Source: Nemertoderma westbladi (lineage: Eukaryota > Animalia > Xenacoelomorpha). Taken from it: a stretch of 53,947 nucleotides of DNA. Shown here piece after piece: positions 46,029-53,947 of the stretch. Each line of letters begins with the position of its first letter. The stretch's first letter is position 1. The notes beneath the pieces are model-generated. The model had not been told where the DNA came from. It made no database searches and was given only the letters and a program-made list of their open reading frames with translations. The translations under genes and the position numbers were made by a program. The stretch covers positions 1-53,947 of the forward strand of contig JAUCBJ010007308.1 in NCBI GenBank assembly GCA_032718475.1. Direction: 5' to 3'.

Positions 46029-49000
46029 GGCAGGGGGGGGGGGGGGGGGGTGTCACATCAAAGGTAAACCAGTGTCTAACTATATTTTAATTATCTGCAT
46101 TCCATCACGTGTATTTCTATTTATTATTACGCCCTTTAGTACGGTAGTACATGCAATTATACCACGATTGTTACCAATGTGTTACCAGACTACTATGGTA
46201 TACCTTTTACTTTATGCTGATTGTGTTTTTAACATTTTAATTTATTTAACTTTTATTAATTAAAGCCGCCGGAGGTACAAACAAATACAAATACTAATAT
46301 TGTATTAACTGATATTGTTTCATGTGGAACGCAATTTAATATTTATTACAACAACTGTAATAATTTATCAAGCCGCGCCCTATAATAATTATTATCTCAA
46401 CTTTAAATAATTAGGGTCCCCGTTCAAAAAACGCCAATCTAACATCTTCAGCTATTCCTCAACAAACCCAGAATACCAATTCAATTGTAATGGTATCGAA
46501 TCAAGGAAAGTTACAGAGTCGAAAAATATAATATCTGATTCAAATAAATTATTATTCATTGATTTGATGCTATGCTACAATGATAAATCTACATGAATAT
46601 TAATAAATTTAAATAAATAATTAATTATGATACCAACGATTTTGGCCAAGTAACAATTAAATACCAATTTAAAATAATAATGGCATTTCGGCAAGTCATA
46701 GAAATAACTGATATGGATAACATTAGTAATAGTAAATTTGTCAGACTGAATACACAATATTTTAGGAAGTTTATTTTCGAAATATACCGTTTTTAAGCAA
46801 CGCAATTCAACTTAAACATTATTTTCCAACAATGTGTTGGTAGTTGAACTGCTTTGACAACTGAATAACTGACTATAAGTGAGTTGTTAGTTGTCATCCC
46901 TATAAACTTGCATAACATATTATTGATACGATCTAATATCCTAAACGGGGGCCTTTCATAATATTAAACAAATTCGAGTAAATGATGGACCTACTCACAA
47001 ACACACAAAGGTGGGCGGGCGCCTAATTAATGATGACACGTCTAGGTTAATTAGGGTACCTAATTATCTACAGCTAATAAAGGATTCATCGGGGGTTTAA
47101 TAAATAGGGGTGAAAAGGTCAACATTTTAACGGTAAACAAATCGTATTGAGTGAAAATATATAACAATAATAACTATATAATACTATACTATATTACTAT
47201 ACAATATAATAATAACTATTTACATCATTGTGTGCAAAGTAGCACTTTGCAGCGTTACGACCCGAGTTTATTTATGTACCGAGCGAGCGCAGCGAGGGAG
47301 GTTTACATAAATAAACAAGGGTCTTTAACGCTGAAAAGTCACCTTTGCAAGCAATGATCTATGTAATTTTGTTACATTATGTCAACTTATCAGCGTTCGG
47401 TATGTGAAGAAAGGATTTTATTGATACTCATTTATACATTTCAATCATCTACTATATCGAATATAAGTGAAATTTATTAACAGATACACAGTATTAATTA
47501 TACATTTAAATCGAATTAAAGTTAGTCACCGTCTGTGTCCGTTCGGTTTTACTGAACATTGTCGCCATTTTCTTTGGTCATTTTATTGTCTTCTATTGGA
47601 CGTTTCGCCATAAGTGGATTACAGTAGGGCCTACACGATAAACAATTATTTACATACAGTAGCTAGTCCCGTCACTGCAAACTGGATAATAAAGAAGCAC
47701 TCATTAACATTAATGGAAATAATACATTCTGGAATACGGTAATTTAAGTTGTTTCCATGTCATTGATTACTTTGCAGCGTTCCGTCCTATAGGCCGCAAC
47801 GCTGCAAGGTAGTACTTTGCAGCGTTACGAGTAATTCACCAGAAGGCTGTTAAGTTGACATAATGTAACAATTTACCGGCGGTAAATAATTAATATTTTA
47901 ACAATAAAATATTATTACTATATGAACTGACATGGCACTCCAATGGCACAGAAGATTGGATGACATATTTTTGAATATGTCAGCAATAAGTCCTACATAT
48001 TGTAGCATTTTAATAAATTTAATAAAAACCGTCACAAAACCCTATATTATTATTATTACTTACTATTCCAGCACAAAATTAAATATAACCTACCACCGCA
48101 ATATAATCAGATATAACAAAGTAATAAATATATATAAACTAGCTACTCACTCCTTAAAAATCCGAAATAATGTAAGAAAGAAATCTAATATAATTCATTT
48201 ACTAAAACTGTAAAATACAGAGAGAAACCAAAATTATTGTTTTAAACGATTTTATAAAAAATGTCATAAAAAACCTTCACCGCGCCGAACGCAAAGGGAA
48301 AAATTAAACTTATACTGAATATATTATTATATAGAGTTATATACCCAACTCACAACTGCAGGGCCAAATGTCCTTAGCGATAATATTATGTAGAAAAATA
48401 CAATAAATAGAATGTAAACTGGTTTCCACAATAATAAGTGATGAAAGAGAACAAATTGATTGTACAATTTACTGTACAATATGTAATTTTATTAGTTTAG
48501 GAGTCTATCGTTCTATTTATTAATTTTCGCCAACCTTTGTATTTATCTCGGCTATCCAGGACTCGATCTGCGGCGCGACGACTTCGTTGCGTTTCAGGTA
48601 GAAGTGTTTGAGTACGACGTCCCGGAAACATTCCGGGGATTCCGAACCTGCTCCAACATGGCCCATCGTGCGGTAGCGAACCGGATGTTGTTGGCGTCTT
48701 CTAGAACACGTCTGAGTATTCTCCATTGTTGGTGTCCGCTCGAGACAGTCGTTCCAAATCCCTTTAATCCCAAGACTCGTGGTCTCCCGCTAAGCGGCGC
48801 TGATAAACCTTTCCATCGGTTACAACTCAGTCTGTGGGTTTCTTGAACGGCCGACCGCGGTTCCTCTTGAGTAAACCTGAGTAAATGAATTTAAATAATA
48901 AGTTAATTAATAAGTTAAGCCTTCTTATAGTAAGTCTAGCTACGTAGTAATTAATATGATTATGTACGGGATTATTATAATTAAATTACCTTTGCTTTGA

Positions 49001-50360
49001 ATTGATTAATAGTCCTTTTGGGGTCCCAACATTTCAATATAATCCATTCGGAACTGCCGTTGTTATGTTAATTATTGTAATGCGACGTCTCTATAATAAA
49101 GCAGATAATATTTAAGCCTACCGGTATGAATAAACAAACTATAATAATACTGGAATACAAAACTAAACAATAAATAATAACTTAACTAGAAAGTCAAGCT
49201 TAAACTATACCGAATGAAATAATACAAAGCCGGTTGGTTGAAAGCATATTATATTAATATGGAGACACAAGAGTATTGTTATTGAAGTAATTATATGTCT
49301 GGAGGGAGGAATGACCCCAAGTCTTTGTATATTAGCCGACCTACCCACCGACCGGCATTCAATTAATAATAAAATGCTTCTACGGCTACGGTACTGTACA
49401 ACCAATGAGTACATTGAATATTAGTTGAAGGCAATGGCTGAATAGCCGCGTAAAGTTAAATTGCAACAGAGGTGAATGAAAACCGAAAGAAATAGGCCAC
49501 GGTCACTCAGGTAAGCAAGCCTGAATGATATGTAAGTATGACAAGGGCTTGAAGTATTGGCTACCCCGCCCATATACTATAGTAACTGTATGAGATTTCA
49601 TCTTAATTCCCGCTTTGAGGTTATGAAAGATGATGTTATTCTCACTTTTTAGCTGTTATTTAGGTGAAACAAAGCATAAGAAGAGTACGTAAATAAATAC
49701 TTGATATTTTCACTTAATTAACAGCAGAAATGTGTTGGAATTGAAGTTATTAATTTTTGTAGATTACTTACTCGAGAAATGTGTCAAAGACATTTTTGAA
49801 AATTAAAGACATTTTTGTGAAAGTGTTTTTTGACAAGGTGTCTAAGCCAGCCAATGGGGATAGCTGAATTGACATTATGTTTTTTTTGCAATATTGCCCC
49901 ATAGTATAACATGGAGTAACTATGGCAATACCATGGTAAGGGCCAGTCCGGTCGCATATAAATTAATAATGTCTCCAGCGGCTGCACCCCCCCGGCCGTC
50001 TCTCTCTGCTGCCTCTAGCGTCGGTAGTAAATTCATACTGTGCCACATGGTGGTGTATGACACTATTCCTATTCTACATAATTAATAAGGGGAAGGGAGG
50101 GATATTATTTCTTAGAAGATAATGCATAGTGTGGGACGTGGGTATATTGTGATAGCTGTATCTTGGGTTCTCGTGGATGAAAAATGCTGGTTTAAAGTTG
50201 TTTAGATTCACTGTAAATTGATCTATCTATTCATACCAATAACTAAGAATCAGTATGAAGAATAACCTTATTCGAAATATATTATTATATATGCTGTGTT
50301 ATGCAATGCCATTGGTTTCAATATCGATTACAATATCAATATCGGTTATTGGTATTGGTA
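45820..50360 (+). repeat. Macro-unit copy 2, unique-sequence part
   Basis: Near-identical to 33637-38200; carries an extra ~40-bp segment around 47495-47538. Confidence 0.95.
48520..48726 (-). pseudogene. BIRC6: BIRC6/BRUCE-like UBC-domain C-terminal fragment, frameshifted (copy 2)
   Basis: Same translation and same frameshifts as 36294-36500. Confidence 0.85.
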
Positions 50361-51800
50361 TCGATATTGGTTACTGATTTCAATATTGGTATTGGTTATG
50401 GGTTTCAATATCGATATCAATATCAATATCGGTTATTGGTATTGGTATCGATATTGGTTATTGATTTCAATATTGGTATTGGTATTGGTATTGTTATTGG
50501 TTTCAATATCGAAATCAATATCAATATCGGTTATTGGTATTGGTATCGATATTGGTTATTGATATCAATATTGGTATTGGTATTGATATTGGTATTGGTA
50601 TTGGTATTGGTATTGGTATTGGTATTGGTATTGGTATTGGTATTGGTATTAGTTATTGGTTTCAATATCGATATCGATATCAATATCAATATTGGTTATT
50701 GGTATTGGTATCGATATTGGTTATTGATATCAATATTGGTATTGGTATTGGTATTGGTATTGGTATTGGTATTGGTATTGGTATTGGTATTGGTATTGGT
50801 ATTGGTATTGGTATTGGTATTGGTATTGGTATTGGTATTGGTATTGGTATTGGTATTGGTATTGGTATTGGTATTGGTATTGGTATTGGTATTGGTATTG
50901 GTATTGGTATTGGTATTGGTATTGGTATTGGTATTGGTATTGGTATTGGTATTGGTATTGGTATTGGTATTGGTATTGGTATTGGTATTGGTATTGGTAT
51001 TGGTATTGGTATTGGTATTGGTATTGGTATTGGTATTGGTATTGGTATTGGTATTGGTATTGGTATTGGTATTGGTATTGGTATTGGTATTGGTATTGGT
51101 ATTGGTATTGGTATTGGTATTGGTATTGGTATTGGTTATTGGTTTCAATATCGATTACAATATCAATATCGGTTATTGGTATTGGTATTGGTATCGATAT
51201 TGGTTATTGATTTCAATATTGGTATTGGTATTGGTATTGGTATTGGTATTGGTATTGGTATTGGTATTGGTATTGGTATTGGTATTGGTTATTGGTTTCA
51301 ATATCGATTACAATATCAATATCGGTTATTGGTATTGGTATTGGTATCGATATTGGTTATTGATTTCAATATTGGTATTGGTATTGGTATTGGTATTGGT
51401 ATTGGTATTGGTATTGGTATTGGTATTGGTATTGGTATTGGTTATTGGTTTCAATATCGATTACAATATCAATATCGGTTATTGGTATTGGTATTGGTAT
51501 TGGTATCGATATTGGTTATTGATTTCAATATTGGTATTGGTATTGGTATCGATATTGGTTATTGATTTCAATATTGGTATTGGTATTGGTATTGGTTATT
51601 GGTTTCAATATCGATTACAATATCAATATCGGTTATTGGTATTGGTATCGATATTGGTTATTGATTTCAATATTGGTATTGGTATTGGTATTGGTATTGG
51701 TTATTGGTTTCAATATCGATTACAATATCAATATCGGTTATTGGTATTGGTATCGATATTGGTTATTGATTTCAATATTGGTATTGGTATTGGTATTGGT
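50312..51800. repeat. (TATTGG)n hexamer array interleaved with a ~75-bp ATCGAT-containing cassette
   Basis: Pure run at ~50734-51136, plus recurrent GGTTTCAATATCGATTACAATATCAATATCGGTTATTGG...ATCGATATTGGTTATTGATTTCAA units. Confidence 0.97.
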
Positions 51801-53947
51801 ATCCCGGACAGTATTTTGGACAGTCCGAGCATTCTAGTGCCCGGGAATCCGGACATCCGGGCGACTTTGGAATGGACAAATAGGGGGACAAACAAGTTTA
51901 ATGGACGCCCGGATTTACAAAATTCCGGACAGTATTTTGGACAACTTTGCCCGGAAATCCGGACATTTTGCCGGATTTTTGGATGTCCGGGCATTCCAGT
52001 GCCCGGGCGTCCGGACATCCGGGCGACTTTAGAACGGACAAATAGTCGAATTTACGCCCAGATTTACAGTATTCCGGAGAGTATTTTGAACAACGTTGCC
52101 CGGAAATCCGGGCATTTTGCCGGATTTTTGGATTTCCGGGCATTCTAACGCCTGGGCATCCGGGCGACTTTGGAACGGACTAATAGTCGGACAGACAAGT
52201 TTAATGGACGCCCGGATTTACAGAATTCCGGACAGTATTTTGGACAACTTTGCCCGGAAATCCGGGCATTTTGCCGGATTTTTGTATTTCCGGGCATTCT
52301 AACGCACGGGCATCCGGGCGACATTGGAACGGACAAATAGTCGGACAGACAAGTTTCATGGACGCCCGGATTTACAGAATTCCTGACAGTATTTTGGACA
52401 ACTTTGCCCGGAAATCCGGGCATTTTGCCGGATTTTTGTATTTCCGGGCATTCTAACGCCCGGGCATCCGGGCGACTTTGGAACGGACAAATAGTCGGAC
52501 AGACAAGTTTCATGAACGCCCGGATTTACAGAATTCCTGACAGTATTTTGGACAACTTTGCCCGGAAATCGCGCATTTTGCCGGATTTTTGGATGTCCGG
52601 GCATTCCAGTGCCCGGGCGTCCGGACTTCCGGGCGACTTTGGAACGGACAAATAGTCGGACGGACAAGTTTAATGGATGCCCAGATTTACAGAATTCCGG
52701 GCAGTATTTTGGACAAATTTGCCCGGAAATCCGGAGATTTTGCCGGATTTTTGGATTTCCGGGCATTCCAGTGCCCGGGCGTCCGGACTTCCGGGCGACT
52801 TTGGAACGCACAAATAGTCAGACAGACAAGTTAAATGGACGCCCGGATTTACAGATTTCCGGGCAGTATTTTGGACAAATTTGCCCGGAAATCCGGACAA
52901 TTTGCCGGATTTTTGGATGTCCGGGCATTCCAGTGCCCGGGCGTCCGGTAATCCGGGCGACTTTGGAATGGACAAATAGGGGGACAGACAAGTTTAATGG
53001 ACGCCCGGATTTACAAAATTCCGGACAGTATTATGGACAACTTTGCCTGGAAATCCGGACATTTTGCCGGATTTTTGGATGTCCGGGCATTCCAGTGCCC
53101 GGGCGTCCGGACTTCCGGGCGACTTTGGAACGGACAAATAGTCGGACGGACAAGTTTAATGGATGCCGAGATTTACCGAATTCCGGGCAGTATTGGGACA
53201 AATTTGCCCGGAAATCCGGACATTTTGCCGGATTTTTGGATTTCCGGGCATTCCAGTGCCCGGGCGTCCGGACTTCCAGGCGACTTTGGAACGGACAAAT
53301 AGTCAGACAGACAAGTTAAATGGACGCCCGGATTTACAGATTTCCGGGCAGTATTTTGGACAAATTTGCCCGGAAATCCGGACAATTTGCCGGATTTTTG
53401 GATGTCCGGGCATTCCAGTGCCCGGGCGTCCGGAAATCCGGGCGACTTTAGAACGGACAAATAGTCGAACAGACAAGTTTAATGGACGCTCGGATTTAGG
53501 GAATTCCGGGCAGTATTTTGGACAACTTTGCCCGGAAATCCGGACATTTTGCCTGATTTTTGGATTTCCGGGCATTCCAGTTCCCGGGCGTCCGGACTTC
53601 CGGGCGAATTTGGAACGGACAAATAGTCGGACAGACAAGTTAAATGGACGCCCGGATTTACAGATTTCCGGGCAGTATTTTGTACAAATTTGCCCGGATA
53701 TCCGGACAATATGCCGGATTTTTGGATGTCCGGGCATTCCAGTGCCCGGGCGTCCGGACATCCGGGCGACTCTAGAACGGACAAATAGTCGAACAGACAA
53801 GTTTAATGGATGCCCAGATTTACAGAATTCCGGGCAGTATTTTGGACAAATTTGCTCGGAAATCCGGACATTTTGCCGGATTTTTGGATGTCCGGGCATT
53901 CCAGTGCCCGGGCGTCCGGAAATCCGGGCGACTTTAGAACGGACAAA
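51801..53947 (+). repeat. Second array of the ~162-bp satellite (distinct subfamily, includes 154-bp monomers), running off the window
   Basis: Diagnostic CAGTATTTTGG and TTCCAGTG (vs CAGTAATTTGG and TTCTAGTG in array 1); a 154-bp period at 52096/52250/52404/52558. Confidence 0.97.

Noticed and set aside
50734-51136. Telomeric repeat tract
   Set aside because: TATTGG matches no animal telomere motif I know, the tract is internal, and it is replaced by TACTTG at the homologous site.
50296-53899. Poly-GI/LV/NT ORFs and repeated satellite-derived ORFs
   Set aside because: Translations of tandem repeats; the frames break with 1-bp monomer length changes.

Overview
Eukaryotic (metazoan, probably invertebrate) repeat-rich genomic DNA. 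No prokaryotic operons, rRNA or CRISPR are present. From left to right: (1) the 3' end of a probable LTR retrotransposon, whose last reading frame (open from the window edge to 3196 except for one TGA) encodes a DEDDy/RNase D-WRN-type 3'-5' exonuclease plus CCHC zinc knuckles, followed by a PPT-like tract and a TG...CA LTR; (2) two host genes with intronless coding sequences, an Njmu-R1/C17orf75 homologue carrying a 7-aa repeat insertion and a V-ATPase V0 subunit a, separated by small elements including a non-autonomous Mutator-like element with a 9-bp TSD; (3) a minus-strand BEL/Pao LTR element with Gag and protease but no RT/RNase H/integrase core, in which both LTR copies are attached to the same LINE RT fragment; (4) a 2-kb (TACTTG)n array and a decayed Ty3/gypsy gag-pol; (5) a ~12.2-kb tandem macro-unit seen twice, made of ~4.2 kb near-identical DNA (with a BIRC6 pseudogene fragment and a Crypton-like element), a hexamer microsatellite and a ~163-bp CpG-rich satellite array. 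All family assignments come from motif recognition by eye, not database searches; identity estimates are approximate.
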